Notes: generated by a model from the letters alone, not told the origin. Shown: positions 1 through 8,478, numbered from the stretch's first letter. The stretch is 64,000 nt of DNA from Gaiellales bacterium (GCA_038230835.1 JBBRMM010000017.1:1185-65184), one strand, 5' to 3'. Numbers and translations are program-made.

Positions 1-340
1 CCAGCCGAGCCAACTCATCCACGGCGACCTCACCGGCAACGTCCTCTTTGCCGAGGGCGTCCCTCCGGCAGTCATCGACTTCTCGCCGTACTGGCGCCCG
101 GCGGCGTTCGCGGCGGCGATCGTAGTCGGCGACGCTCTGATCTGGGAAGGCGCGGACGCGCGCATACTCGACGCGGTCGGTCATATCGACCAGTTCGCTC
201 AGTTCCTCCTGCGCGCCCTGATCTACCGCGCTGTCACCGATCGACTCTGCTGCCGGGGGGCACCGGCTCGCCCCGACGACGCCGACCCGTATCTCCCAGC
301 CGTCGATCTGGCCTGTCGCTTCGCCCGCCTTGCAGGCTAG
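1..340 (+). CDS. 3' end of a TIGR02569-like aminoglycoside-phosphotransferase-fold protein (5' truncated by window)
   Basis: Frame from position 2 reads QPSQLIHGDLTGNVLF...AVIDFSPYWRPAAFAAAIVVGDAL...QFLLRALIYR to TAG at 338-340; HGD..N and DFSPYWRP motifs. Confidence 0.75.
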   Translation, partial: QPSQLIHGDLTGNVLFAEGVPPAVIDFSPYWRPAAFAAAIVVGDALIWEGADARILDAVGHIDQFAQFLLRALIYRAVTDRLCCRGAPARPDDADPYLPAVDLACRFARLAG

Positions 341-516
341 AGCGTCAGCCGCGGGGTTCCGCCGAACTGAGCAGTCGCGTGGCAGGCAACCTCGCCCGTC
401 CGTATCGCGGCGGGACGACCCTCCACCTGCTGGAGTCGAGGGGTAGCCCATTTTCTGCCAGCCGATACCGCCGTTATCCTGTGGATATCCGTCGGCGGTC
501 GCGTCGACAGCTTGTA

Positions 517-545
517 CCCCGCCGGGCGTCATGCGCCCGGCGGGG
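517..545. repeat. 12-bp perfect inverted repeat (hairpin)
   Basis: CCCCGCCGGGCG-tcatg-CGCCCGGCGGGG. Confidence 0.7.
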
Positions 546-600
546 CCCCTACGTCCGATCGCTGCCCTACGATGTGATCGAGGTGATGCCTCAGGGGTGA

Positions 601-1122
601 GTGCAAGTTGTGGAGGAGCGACTCGTGGACGTGCAACAGCGGTGGTACGCCGGTGTTGATCTGGCTGGATACGCCTGGGAGCACGCCGTGGTGCGCGTTC
701 CCACCCGCGATGGGGTAGCGCAGCGGACGGTGTGTGGTGCCGAGCGGGATCGGTATATCGAGGCTTGCAGGTTGCATCCGGATCGTTTCTGGTGGCAGTC
801 GCGTCCAGGTGAGGTGCCACAGATCGTGCCGCTGAATCACCCATTCCACATGACGGACGAGCGCATCGCGACCATCTCAGCGGCGGACTACAGGCGCTAC
901 CAGTCGAAGATGCGCGGAGCGTTCGAGCGCGCGCTCGGCACCTCGTCGCGAGCGGCGAGAACCTCCGCACCGCCACCGCACGCGTACGTGCGGTCCCACA
1001 GCCGGTCGCGCCGACCGCTGCGCCGACGCGGCCGCCAGCCAAGCGGGAGTCGCGGCGACCCCGACTTAGCGGACGACGACTTAGGCCCATCTTCGCGTGA
1101 AGCGGCGGCGTGGAGATGGTAG
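601..1122 (+). CDS. hypothetical protein of the integrative element
   Basis: 173-aa ORF whose stop overlaps the start of the Prim-Pol gene; no recognised domain. Confidence 0.5.
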   Translation: MQVVEERLVDVQQRWYAGVDLAGYAWEHAVVRVPTRDGVAQRTVCGAERDRYIEACRLHPDRFWWQSRPGEVPQIVPLNHPFHMTDERIATISAADYRRYQSKMRGAFERALGTSSRAARTSAPPPHAYVRSHSRSRRPLRRRGRQPSGSRGDPDLADDDLGPSSREAAAWRW

Positions 1123-2420
1123 GAGATCCCGGCCGCTCATTTGCGTTCGTCGCGCTCGAGACGCCAGGCGAGAAGATGTGCCGCTTCGCTGCGCGGTACC
1201 TGGAACTCGGGTTCGACGTGATCCCGCTCGCGCCGGGATCGAAGGTTGCGTACCCTGGTCTTTTGCCGGTCGTTGACGGCAAGCCTTCGTGGCGGCCACT
1301 TGTCGGAAATGCACACGCAAGTGCCGCGACCGTGAGCCGACTACCTGCGAATCCGGGCATCAACATCGGAATCTTCGTCGGCCAAGGACGGGTCGTCGCA
1401 GACATCGACCGTCATGTCCCTCTGCCTCTCCTGCGGGAGTTCTTGCGCCTCGGAGCGCCGGTTGTCGCTACCAAGCGAGGCGTCCACGTCTACCTGTCGG
1501 GATCATCCCCAACGCGCTCTACAGCATTCGGGCACATTAGGGGCGCAGGCAGCTACGTCGTCGCTCCACCGAGCATCCACGAAAGCGGTACCGAGTACAC
1601 GTGGCTGCAACGCCCGGCCACATGTCCTCCGCCGCCGGTAGACGACTTCCTGGCCGTGATGGAACGCCAAGGACACATCCTCGCACCGGAAGCCAGTCCG
1701 ACGGAAGGTCAGTCAGTAGTAAATGGCAGCGCAGCGGGTGGGTCAGTGGTGAATATGGGTTCACTACTGCCCCACTCTGTGCCGAGCAGTTGGCACGCAG
1801 GACTAGACGGCCTCGGTCTGGACGACCTCGCGGAGTGGGACAGCCGCAAGTTCTTCGTCGACGCATTCGTAACGCTGCTGGGCATCCCGTGCAGCGAAAT
1901 CGGGCGTTCGTTCTGCTGCGTCTTGCCGGGACACGAAGAACGGCATCCCTCGGCGTCGCTGTGGCCCGATGCCAAAGGCCGAGTCGTGTACCACGACTGG
2001 CACGCGCAAGGCACGATGCTCGAGTACCTCACGCTGGCCGAGGTGTACGCGGCAAGCGTCACGCGAGTCGTCCGCAAACTACCCGGGCCGACACTCGGAT
2101 GCTGGAAAGTGCGCCTGCTGATCGCGCTGGGGTTCATCCAGCCAACCGCTGTGCGCCTTCCGTCGCTGCCATCCAACCCGTCTCCCGCCGAGCGCAAGGT
2201 GCACGACGGGCTCAAGCTGCTCGTTCAGTGCCGCTGGCTGCGGAACCCCGGACAGCCGGTGCCGTTCGGGCACCACTTCGCCGCCGAATGGTGCGGCCTC
2301 TCCGAACGACACGCGGGCCTCGCCATCCAGCGCCTCATGGAGCACGGCGTCATCCAGCGCGTGCCCACCCCTCCAGGCGGAGGTCGAGTCAACTTCTACC
2401 TGCCGGGTGAACTCGCATGA
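1110..2420 (+). CDS. bifunctional DNA primase/polymerase (Prim-Pol) domain replication protein
   Basis: N-terminal YLELGFDVIPLAPGSK..P, NIGI...VVADID, T.RG.H.Y and RGAGSYVVAPPSIH.SG..Y.W motifs; central C..PGHEERHPS; C-terminal HTH-like segment. Confidence 0.85.
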   Translation: MEMVGDPGRSFAFVALETPGEKMCRFAARYLELGFDVIPLAPGSKVAYPGLLPVVDGKPSWRPLVGNAHASAATVSRLPANPGINIGIFVGQGRVVADIDRHVPLPLLREFLRLGAPVVATKRGVHVYLSGSSPTRSTAFGHIRGAGSYVVAPPSIHESGTEYTWLQRPATCPPPPVDDFLAVMERQGHILAPEASPTEGQSVVNGSAAGGSVVNMGSLLPHSVPSSWHAGLDGLGLDDLAEWDSRKFFVDAFVTLLGIPCSEIGRSFCCVLPGHEERHPSASLWPDAKGRVVYHDWHAQGTMLEYLTLAEVYAASVTRVVRKLPGPTLGCWKVRLLIALGFIQPTAVRLPSLPSNPSPAERKVHDGLKLLVQCRWLRNPGQPVPFGHHFAAEWCGLSERHAGLAIQRLMEHGVIQRVPTPPGGGRVNFYLPGELA

Positions 2421-2491
2421 CCCCAAACGACCAGCCCACCCGCACAGGGCCGCCCTCCACGGCCGAACTCGCCAGCAGGGGCGCCCGGTGA
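2417..2491 (+). CDS. 24-aa linker mini-ORF
   Basis: ATGA overlap with the Prim-Pol stop and GTGA overlap with the methylase start; MTPNDQPTRTGPPSTAELASRGAR. Confidence 0.35.
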   Translation: MTPNDQPTRTGPPSTAELASRGAR

Positions 2492-3072
2492 GCGCCATCG
2501 CGACCCGGAAACGTAACGCGCGGAGGGTTACAGGTAGCGGCCGCTGCGCCGCTTGCGGAGACTTGTTCGAACGGTCGCGGCGAGACAAAAGCTACTGCCT
2601 GGACGCGTGCCGGCAGCGCGCGTATCGACGGCGGCGCAAGGCTGACCGGATGGCCGTCCACTACTCCAGCGCAAACGTGGAATGGTCGACGCCGCAGGCG
2701 TTCTTCGACATGCTCGACGACGAGTTCCACTTCGACCTCGACGTGTGCGCGACCGCCGACAACGCGAAGTGTGCTCGGTACTACACCCGGGCGGACGACG
2801 GCCTCGCCCAGCCCTGGAGTGGCACGTGCTGGATGAACCCGCCGTATGGCCGCGAGATCGGTAAGTGGATGCGCAAGGCGTGGGAATCAAGTCGTGCTGG
2901 CGCGACCGTGGTGTGCCTTGTGCCGGCACGGCCGGGCTCGGCGTGGTGGCACGACTACGCCGCGCAGGGCGACGTTCGATTTCTCCGTGGTCGCCTTAAG
3001 TTCGGGAACTCCAAGGAGAGCGCGCCGTTTCCCTCAGCGGTCGTCATCTTCCGACCCGAGGCGTCGTCGTGA
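2488..3072 (+). CDS. phage-type DNA N6-adenine methyltransferase (Dam family) with N-terminal Cys4 zinc finger
   Basis: EWSTPQ..F..LD.EFHFDLDVCA, WMNPPY, VVCLVPAR, FLRGRLKF and APFPS motifs; N-terminal CAAC...CLDACRQRAYR. Confidence 0.9.
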   Translation: MSAIATRKRNARRVTGSGRCAACGDLFERSRRDKSYCLDACRQRAYRRRRKADRMAVHYSSANVEWSTPQAFFDMLDDEFHFDLDVCATADNAKCARYYTRADDGLAQPWSGTCWMNPPYGREIGKWMRKAWESSRAGATVVCLVPARPGSAWWHDYAAQGDVRFLRGRLKFGNSKESAPFPSAVVIFRPEASS

Positions 3073-3415
3073 GCGGCTATCTGACTGTGGCGGCCGTTGC
3101 GGAGGAACTCGACGTGCTCGGCGCGGGCTGTGCTGCGGTGGGTCGAGCGGCGACCTGGAGCTCGACCGTCTCGTGACTCCGATCTCGCTCACCCCCCATC
3201 GGATCGCCGAGATCGTACGGCTACTCCACGCCCGTCGCCGCAAACGGGACGCGCGGACGCTGATCGGCAGCACTGGGGTCTGTCGGGTGGTGGCCGCTGC
3301 GGAGAACGTCCGGTTCGACAGTGTCCCCCGCAGGTGGGCGAAGCCGAGGGTGTCGCGGAGACACGAGAGCTCGCCCCACGCAGATTGTGCGAGCCTGGTC
3401 ATGGAGGCGTGGTGA
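3069..3415 (+). pseudogene. frameshifted excisionase-like HTH gene
   Basis: GTG coupled to the Dam stop; MSGYLTVAAVAEELD / CSARAVLRWVE / GDLE split over three frames. Confidence 0.55.
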
Positions 3416-3720
3416 CCCGAGATCGACTGCTGACCGTCGCGGAGGTCGCTGCTCTGCTCGGCTACTCGCCGAAGACCGTCAAGCGGCGCATCCGCGCCGG
3501 GTTGCTGCCCGCATTCCGCGACGGTCGGCTCGTCCGGGTGCGTGAGGGCGACGTCGACCGCTACGTCGCAGCTCGGATCTCCACCCACTCGGGATCGCCC
3601 CCGGCTCGCCTTGGCGGGGTGGCTCTGCCGCCCAGCGCAAGGCTCTGGGATGACCCGCGTACACTCACCCCGCTCGGCCACGAGCGGAGTCCGCTCCCAA
3701 CCTCCAGGAGACGACGATGA
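3412..3720 (+). CDS. excisionase family HTH DNA-binding protein
   Basis: GGAGG SD; LLTVAEVAALLGYSPKTVKRRIRAGLLPAFRDGRLVRV; stop overlaps the integrase ATG. Confidence 0.85.
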   Translation: MTRDRLLTVAEVAALLGYSPKTVKRRIRAGLLPAFRDGRLVRVREGDVDRYVAARISTHSGSPPARLGGVALPPSARLWDDPRTLTPLGHERSPLPTSRRRR

Positions 3721-4922
3721 GCAGGAGCTACCCCGGCATCACCCGGCGCGTCGACCAGTACGGCCGCGCCAGGTATCGAGCTCGCGTCCGCCGCGGCGAT
3801 CAGCGACTCTCCGCGACGTTCCCGACGATCGAAGAAGCGCTTGCGTGGCAAGCACAGGCCATTTCTGCCGTCGAGCGATCGATCGCCCCGCCCCCCGCGA
3901 GGCCCGCGCCGGTCGCGCATCACGACCAGCCGGTGATCTTCGAAGCGGCGACCCGGCTCGTGCGTGGGATGCGCGACGGTTCGGCTGTCACCAACAGCGG
4001 CGAGGCGTACAAGCCGAGCGTGGTGCGGAAGTACGAGGCCGCACTGCGACTCGACGTCGTCCCGAGCGTCGGCGCGATCCCGGTCGACGAACTCACGCGC
4101 GGCGACGTCCAGCGCTTGGTCGACGAGATCGGTCGCAGCGCGAGCGTCGATCGAGCCGCGAAAGCACTCGTGGCGCTGCGCGTGGTGCTGCGGCAGTGTG
4201 AACGGTACGGCGAGATCGAAGCTAACCCATGCCGAGGCGTCAGCGTCCCCCGCCGCCGCGACGAGGAACGACCCGCCCGCGTCCTCACCGTCGCCGAAGT
4301 CGAGCGCCTACTCGCCGCCGCGCAGGCCGACGATGAACGGCTCAAACGCAGCCTCGCTCACCCGCTGGTCCTACTGGCCGCATTTACCGGCGCGCGCCTC
4401 GGTGAGCTCCTGGCACTCGCGTGGGGCCCGACCGGCCTCGATCTCGACCAGCATCGCATGACCATCTCGCGCTCGCTCGACCGCTACCGCGACGAGCAAA
4501 CCCGCCGCCACCAGTTCATCACGCCGAAAAGCCGCGCCAGCCGCCGAGGCGTTCCGCTCGACCAACGCGCAGTCGCTGGGCTGCGCGCGCATCGCCTCGC
4601 GTCCGGGCGACCCGCAGACGGCGAACTCGTGTTCAGCGACGTCCTCGGACGCCCGCTGATCCCCCAATCGATCCCGCGGCACCTGTGGCTGCGAACGCTC
4701 GACCGGGCGAAGCTCGCCGACCCGCAGCCCAGGTTCCACGACTTACGCCACGCTTGGGCGAGCCACGCACTCGCGAGCGGCCTGGGAGCGCACGCCGTCG
4801 CGAAGCTCCTCGGCCACTCAGACGCGGGCCTCGTCTGGCAGCGCTACGGCCACGCCCTCCCGGACGAGCTCGCCGGGGCAGCCGACCGGATCGCGTCGTG
4901 GCGCCACGCCGCGATGGCCTGA
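3717..4922 (+). CDS. int: tyrosine recombinase/integrase
   Basis: Catalytic residues in TGARLGE (R), TPKS (K), FHDLRH (HxxR), LLGH and RYGH (Y). Confidence 0.95.
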   Translation: MSRSYPGITRRVDQYGRARYRARVRRGDQRLSATFPTIEEALAWQAQAISAVERSIAPPPARPAPVAHHDQPVIFEAATRLVRGMRDGSAVTNSGEAYKPSVVRKYEAALRLDVVPSVGAIPVDELTRGDVQRLVDEIGRSASVDRAAKALVALRVVLRQCERYGEIEANPCRGVSVPRRRDEERPARVLTVAEVERLLAAAQADDERLKRSLAHPLVLLAAFTGARLGELLALAWGPTGLDLDQHRMTISRSLDRYRDEQTRRHQFITPKSRASRRGVPLDQRAVAGLRAHRLASGRPADGELVFSDVLGRPLIPQSIPRHLWLRTLDRAKLADPQPRFHDLRHAWASHALASGLGAHAVAKLLGHSDAGLVWQRYGHALPDELAGAADRIASWRHAAMA

Positions 4923-4985
4923 GATTGGCCCGCGAGACGAGCGCCGGGCCGCCAACCTCCTGCACGTTACGGGGTTCTGCCACGT

Positions 4986-5028
4986 CTCTCACGGCGGTAA
5001 CACCGGTTCGAATCCGGTATGCGGTACC
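4986..5028 (+). other. att site: duplicated 3' half of tRNA-Glu(CUC)
   Basis: CTCTCAC-GGCGG-TAAC-ACCGG-TTCGAAT-CCGGT-ATGCGGT-ACC = anticodon loop, T-arm and 3' acceptor strand; no D-arm or pairing 5' strand upstream. Confidence 0.85.
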
Positions 5029-5032
5029 TCCC

Positions 5033-5084
5033 CCGAGAACCCCCGTGGATCTGGCTCCAGGAGCCGGAGAGCGGGGGTTCTCGG
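5033..5084 (+). terminator. GC-rich hairpin after the tRNA fragment (probable original tRNA terminator)
   Basis: 13-bp inverted repeat CCGAGAACCCCCG / CGGGGGTTCTCGG with an inner GGCTC/GAGCC stem. Confidence 0.6.
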
Positions 5085-5166
5085 CGTTGCTGATGGGCAA
5101 CATCGCGGGCTAATGTCCCTTGGAGGCTAGGGATGCGACCTCCTCGCGACGGTAGCCTTGGCCAAG

Positions 5167-5652
5167 ATGATGCGATGGAAGATCGTGCTTGGGGTCGGCC
5201 TTCTCACGGCACTTGCGCTCTTGGTGTGGGGGCGAAGTGCGATGCCTCCATCGCCAGAAGGGGGGACGCCCGCGCGTCCGTGGTATCTCCTCTGGGCGGC
5301 GATTGCAACGGTGGGGATCGCGTCCGCCGCTGCATGGTTCACGCAAGCCGTCAGCACCCAGCCCCGTGTTCCGGGCGCGGTTGCGCGCGGTGCCGTCCTC
5401 GTCGTCGCCTCAGTAGCCGTGCTTGGACTTGGAGAGGCGGCGGTCTACGTCGCCAAGCATCCGTCGTTCGGATTGTGTCGCCAACGGGATGATCACGTGC
5501 AGTGTGGGCAACAGCCGGATCGACCGACCGCCGAGGACCATGCCGCACTCCTTTTCTTCGGCGGGGTAGGAGTCGTCGCGCTCCTCGGTGTGAGCGCCAT
5601 GATTGCGATCAACCGGTCACACCCCGCGCCATCCGTATCGACGCGAGGCTGA
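5167..5652 (+). CDS. hypothetical membrane protein
   Basis: About four hydrophobic segments. Confidence 0.55.
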   Translation: MMRWKIVLGVGLLTALALLVWGRSAMPPSPEGGTPARPWYLLWAAIATVGIASAAAWFTQAVSTQPRVPGAVARGAVLVVASVAVLGLGEAAVYVAKHPSFGLCRQRDDHVQCGQQPDRPTAEDHAALLFFGGVGVVALLGVSAMIAINRSHPAPSVSTRG

Positions 5653-5695
5653 CCGCCCGTCCGGGCTGACCGCCCATATCTCGCCGCTCGCGTCG

Positions 5696-5938
5696 ATGTA
5701 CCCTTCCGGCGTGGAATCCGAGAGACGGCCACCGAAGCGACCATCGCGCTGGCAGCGTCTCCGGGCGCGACTCCGCCTCCGTCCGGTCCCAGAGGACCCC
5801 GAACCACCGGCTGACCCCGACGACCACGCGCTCGTCGCCACCGGCGGGCCTCGCAGGCCACGTCCGTCGAGTTCGGAGGCGTTGCCGCTCCCGACCGGTG
5901 ACGAGCCACCCACCGACGGCATCGGCTCCGGCGCGTAA
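5696..5938 (+). CDS. small Pro-rich hypothetical protein
   Basis: 80-aa ORF from ATG; no domain recognised. Confidence 0.35.
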   Translation: MYPSGVESERRPPKRPSRWQRLRARLRLRPVPEDPEPPADPDDHALVATGGPRRPRPSSSEALPLPTGDEPPTDGIGSGA

Positions 5939-6088
5939 CCGCAAGCACACCAGCCGCCATCGTCGACGGGCTGACGGTCCCATCCCGGCATGAGCGGGAA
6001 GGTCGGCTCTCGACCGGTGATCGTGGGTGCTTCCAGACGCAGCTTCGTCACGTAGCATCTTGAGACCACAAACGGATCGGAGGCGCTG

Positions 6089-6547
6089 GTGCGGATCGAG
6101 GGAGACACGAACGCTCGGACTCAACCGGCGAGCGACCACCACCTGCGCTACCTGAACGCGTATCGCAAGGAGGCCGATGTGGTGGACAGCCGCTACGGCG
6201 CCGTTGCCGAGAAGATCGCCGCGGCGTCGGTGCGCATGCCGTTCATGGTCGGGTTCGTGGCTCTGTCCGCGTTGTGGATGATCACCGGCCTGTTCGGGAG
6301 CGACCCGAAGCCCTGGGCCGTGTACACGCTGGTGCTGAGCCTGATGGCCATCGTCTTTACCCTGCTCGTCCTGCTGGCGCAGGGTCGCGCTGCCATCCGC
6401 GACGCGGTCCACGCCAACGCGACGGCCGCACACGTTCAGGAGGAGATGGACACCCTCCGCACGATCCTCGCGAATCAAGACACCGAGCGGGCGGAGATTC
6501 TCGCCATCGTTCGCCGGCTCGAACCCGAGGAAAGCATCACGCCCTGA
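6089..6547 (+). CDS. DUF1003-like membrane protein
   Basis: AEKIAA....PF......LW......DP.PW....LVLS..AI....LVLLAQ.R followed by a coiled-coil tail. Confidence 0.7.
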   Translation: MRIEGDTNARTQPASDHHLRYLNAYRKEADVVDSRYGAVAEKIAAASVRMPFMVGFVALSALWMITGLFGSDPKPWAVYTLVLSLMAIVFTLLVLLAQGRAAIRDAVHANATAAHVQEEMDTLRTILANQDTERAEILAIVRRLEPEESITP

Positions 6548-6757
6548 GCGCCGACGAGTTCGCGAACTGCCCTCATAAGTGGTAACATCTGCTGCAAGCG
6601 CCCCAATACTTCGGCGTGGTCAGCTGACTCCAGCCCACTGGTCGGTGTGCAACATCCCGCCAGGGGGAACGGATGAGGGAGCGGCAGACAGTGGTGCCGG
6701 CGCAGGCGCCGTCGCGACCGCGTTGGGACACACAACAGACTCGAAGGAGCGTTACTC

Positions 6758-6832
6758 GTGCTGATCGAAATCCTTGTGGTCTTGGCCATCGTCGCGGTGG
6801 CCCTGTACATCGTGCGTCACGTGATCGCGTAG
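6758..6832 (+). CDS. 24-aa single-TM peptide
   Basis: GAAGGAG SD then GTG; MLIEILVVLAIVAVALYIVRHVIA. Confidence 0.6.
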   Translation: MLIEILVVLAIVAVALYIVRHVIA

Positions 6833-6971
6833 TGGTGGCCAAAGACGCGCCGGCAGAGAAGGGGGTGGGCCAGTCGTGTTTGCACGAATTTTCGATCCGT
6901 CAGACGGTTACGCGGCACCGCCGCATGAGCACACACCGACAAGCACTCGATCAAAGAAGGATGTGACTGAC

Positions 6972-7190
6972 ATGGGGATCGGTATCTCACTGATACTGGG
7001 AGCGGCCGGCGCCATCTTGCGCTTTGCGGTGGAGCCAGGTGCGCACCTCGCGGGGACGTTCGTGAACTGGGACATCGTCGGAGACATTCTGATGGGTGCT
7101 GGAATCGTGGGCATCCTCGCGGGCATTCTCTCGATGGCGGTGGCTGGCCGACGGACGACAACCGTCGTCGCCGCGCCACCAGAGGGCTGA
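6972..7190 (+). CDS. small two-TM protein (DUF6458-like)
   Basis: MGIGISLILGAAGAILRFAV...VN.DIVG.ILM.AG; AAGGA SD. Confidence 0.75.
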   Translation: MGIGISLILGAAGAILRFAVEPGAHLAGTFVNWDIVGDILMGAGIVGILAGILSMAVAGRRTTTVVAAPPEG

Positions 7191-7205
7191 ACAACCGGAG
7201 GCCCG

Positions 7206-7400
7206 ATGCTTCGCCTGGTGTTGCGGAAGATCATGTTCAGCAAGGTGGTGGTCGCCGGCTATCTCGTGGTGGGCCTGGTGGCGGCGAACTCGCGCCACTA
7301 CTTCGCCCACCTGAGCGGCGCCAAGCCGGTGCTGTCGGCGGCGGCGGCGGTCCTACTCTGGCCGCTGGGCCTGCTGGGAGTCAATCTGCACATCCGATAG
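7206..7400 (+). CDS. small membrane protein
   Basis: GGAGG SD; YLVVG..AA....YF...SAAAAVLLWPL.LLGVNLHI. Confidence 0.7.
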   Translation: MLRLVLRKIMFSKVVVAGYLVVGLVAANSRHYFAHLSGAKPVLSAAAAVLLWPLGLLGVNLHIR

Positions 7401-8228
7401 GCCCGGGAGCACGGCCGCCAGGCGGTCGACCAACCGGCACCCCAGCCGCTCCCGCCGTGCCTCGTCGTCATCCGAGTGAAACGCCGTGACCTCGACGCCC
7501 AGCACCGGCCCGCGGGCGGCCACCGCCCCCAGCAGCGACCCGAGCTGATCGAGCGACAGCCCGCCTGGGCGGGCATACGGCACCGGGTTCTCGGACGGGT
7601 CGAGCACGTCGGGATCGAGATGCACGTAGACCGGCGCCTCGCCGAGTGCCGCGATGACGCCGTCCTGCGCGTCGGGGCCGGCAGGAACCATCCGCACGGG
7701 ACTCGACTCGACAGCCGCCCGGCCGGCGCCGTCGAACTCCTCCAGCAAGCCGCGAACGCCGCACAGCACGACCCGCTCAGGCGGGAACGGTGGGCCGAAT
7801 CCCGCATCCCACGCCCCGGTCGCCCCGGCCAGGCTCATGCAGCCGAGAAACCCGATCGTGGACGTCTGCGGGGTGTCGTAGTCGCAGTGCGCATCGAGCC
7901 ACAGCACGCGTGCCTCGGGGTGCATGCGGCCGACCACGGGCAGGGTCGCAAGCCCCAGCGAGCAGTCGCTCGCCAGGAGCACGACGGGCTCGGCACCGGC
8001 GAGGGCCGTCTCGAGGACCGCTGCGGCCGCGGCCAGGGGTTCCCGCGAGGCGGCCAGGTCGTCCTGCCAGCGCGTCCGCCCGAACGGGGCGCGGCGGCCC
8101 TCGATCGCCCCGGTTGGACGCCCAAGCCGCTCGCCGACCATCCGGCTCAGCAGATCGACGCCGCGCAGGTCACGCGGCGTCTCCTCGGAGATCCGGGCGC
8201 GCACCGCGACAGCGGCCAGCCGGGTCAA
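7353..8228 (-). CDS. arginase/ureohydrolase family protein
   Basis: SDCS, WLDAHCDYDTP, HLDPDVLDP and PGGLS motifs. Confidence 0.85.
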   Translation of the reverse strand: MTRLAAVAVRARISEETPRDLRGVDLLSRMVGERLGRPTGAIEGRRAPFGRTRWQDDLAASREPLAAAAAVLETALAGAEPVVLLASDCSLGLATLPVVGRMHPEARVLWLDAHCDYDTPQTSTIGFLGCMSLAGATGAWDAGFGPPFPPERVVLCGVRGLLEEFDGAGRAAVESSPVRMVPAGPDAQDGVIAALGEAPVYVHLDPDVLDPSENPVPYARPGGLSLDQLGSLLGAVAARGPVLGVEVTAFHSDDDEARRERLGCRLVDRLAAVLPGLSDVQIDSQQAQRPE

Positions 8229-8232
8229 CGCC

Positions 8233-8478
8233 TCATGACCGGCGCTCGCGGTTCGATCCCGTCTTGGAGGCCCGGGAGCGGTTGGCGAGAATCGGCCGCA
8301 ACACGTGGATCGTCCAGCGCAGCGAGAGCAGGAACGCTCCCGCCACGACGATCACCCCCTGAGCGTCGATCCAGCGGATCGCACCGCGCTCCGCGGCCAC
8401 CGTGAAAGCGATCGCCACGACGCACCACGCGGGCGCGGCGAGCCGCCAGTACCGGTACGCCTCTCGTCGGGTGGACAC
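8233..8478 (-). CDS. small hypothetical membrane protein
   Basis: Two hydrophobic segments; directly upstream of the arginase-like gene. Confidence 0.5.
   Translation of the reverse strand: MSTRREAYRYWRLAAPAWCVVAIAFTVAAERGAIRWIDAQGVIVVAGAFLLSLRWTIHVLRPILANRSRASKTGSNRERRS

Larger units (their letters stand above)
1..5028. mobile_element. Right part of an integrative element/genomic island inserted at tRNA-Glu(CUC)
   Basis: Prim-Pol, phage Dam, excisionase and tyrosine integrase genes followed directly by a 3' tRNA fragment; the left end and intact tRNA are expected upstream of the window. Confidence 0.8.

Noticed and set aside
4950-5030. Complete tRNA-Glu gene
   Set aside because: No D-arm, no 5' acceptor strand (GCCGCAT), and the 5' anticodon strand does not pair; only the 3' half is present.
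5647-5675. 12-bp direct repeat GGCTGACCGCCC
   Set aside because: Two copies only, with no associated element; probably a local duplication.
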